From: Mytilus edulis
Taxonomy: Eukaryota
DNA: 64,000 bases
Direction: 5' to 3'
Assembly: GCF_963676685.1 (NCBI RefSeq)
Contig: NC_092353.1
Location: forward strand, 50,592,001 to 50,656,000
The notes beneath the pieces are model-generated. The model made no database searches. It saw nothing but the letters and a program-made list of their open reading frames with translations, and was not told where the DNA came from. This document shows, in pieces, positions 62,842 to 64,000 of this stretch (within the stretch, counting starts at the first letter, position 1; each line of letters opens with the position of its first letter). The translations under genes were made by a program, and so were the position numbers.

Positions 62842-64000
62842 ATGATGAAAGTGTGTGTCGTAGTAGCCTTTTTTATTGTGTCTGGTTGTGTGGCATTTCC
62901 AACACTTGGTAAGATAAAGGACTAACTAATATAGCATACGATTTATCATACCGTTTTCCCTTCTCCTTCCTTTATCCTCCAATCTTTGAACGCTCTACCC
63001 TCAATGTCATTGACGGACATTATTCTTCTTAAATTTATAGATTATTTTTCTGCCAATTGACATTCGAAAAGCAAACTGACTCTATTTCTATTGAAAATCG
63101 GGTCGACTACGCAAAACGATTTTTTTTACTTCGGGACTTTTTATAGCCGACTGTACTTACAAGTTTTAATTTTCTAATAAGTCAATGTATCAACATCAAA
63201 TGAAAGATCTTACGGTATGAAGGGGAAAATACAATATGTTATTCCAGCACAGGCGTTTTTGGAATGTACTCCCCTTTTTCTAAATGTTTTGTTAATTTTT
63301 CAAGTTGATATTTCTTTATATTTAATATTTATTTACTCTTCAAAATGTTCCTATAGATATTCATAAGATTTCACAATAACATGGTATTTATGATGACCCC
63401 ACCCCCTGTTCTCATTTTCACGGCAAGTCTTATTTTCCATGTGAAAAATCAGCCGTAAAAAGAGGAGCATTTCAAACCCTACTTTTATAGCAAAATCGTA
63501 TGGATAGCATGTAGCAAGAACATATCAAATATGTAAAATTAAGCTTAAAAATGTAAAATACATATTTATTTGCATATAACAAATTATATATCCATATCTT
63601 GATGAGTAAAGCAACGCAAGGTTGCCTTTGTTGACTGCTGTACCCCATTTTTTTTAAATTTTACCTATTGTGTCTGTTTGTTTTGTTCACGCGTTTTGAC
63701 CAATATAATGGAATTTGATGCGACTGTCATACAATTGAGAGGTTTAGCTAGCTATAAAACCAGGTTCAATCCACAATTTTCTACATAAGAAAATGCCTGT
63801 ACCAAGTCAAGAATATGACAGTTGTTATCCATTCGTTTGAAGTGTTTGAGCTTTTGATTAAAGAGCCTTTCCTTTTTGAATTTTCCTCGGAGTTCAGTAT
63901 TTTTGTGATTTTACTTTTTTTGGACATTATTTTGCTCATTTACTCTTATCTTTCAGAAGTAACTGCAGATATGAAAACAAAAGCAACGGTAGTATCGTCT
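62842..64000 (+). CDS. 5' part of a secreted or membrane protein gene; exon 62842-62908 (signal peptide) and exon 63957 to the window end
   Basis: MMKVCVVVAFFIVSGCVAFPTL with a G|GTAAG phase-1 donor. Acceptor TTTCAG at 63951-56 continues in frame (EVTADMKTKATVVSS). TATA-like TATAAG about 60 bp upstream. Confidence 0.65.

Overview
AT-rich, intron-containing animal genomic DNA, not prokaryotic. The repeat families point to a bivalve, most likely a Mytilus mussel (inference). Splicing by eye (GT-AG, phase-checked) gives five coding loci. (1) A six-exon, 566-aa gene at 1041-5609 with the architecture TIR - coiled coil - Death domain - CARD - TRAF6-type motif - polybasic/CaaX tail; its Death-domain exon is missing from the ORF track. 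This is the best candidate for a new system: a membrane-tethered, single-chain innate-immune/cell-death adaptor. (2) Four intronless Tctex-1-domain (dynein light chain) genes in tandem on the minus strand. (3) An 8-exon PPIL6 cyclophilin, head-to-head with that array. (4) Two tandemly duplicated CD164/porimin-like sialomucins that differ by 12 copies of an 11-aa glycosylation repeat; the PPIL6 then CD164-like order matches human 6q21. (5) The start of another signal-peptide gene at the right edge. Intergenic DNA and introns hold many MITEs (3-, 4-, 5- and 6-bp TSD classes), Penelope and CR1-type fragments, a SINE, a minimal hammerhead ribozyme and minisatellites. There is no CRISPR array, rRNA or tRNA gene.
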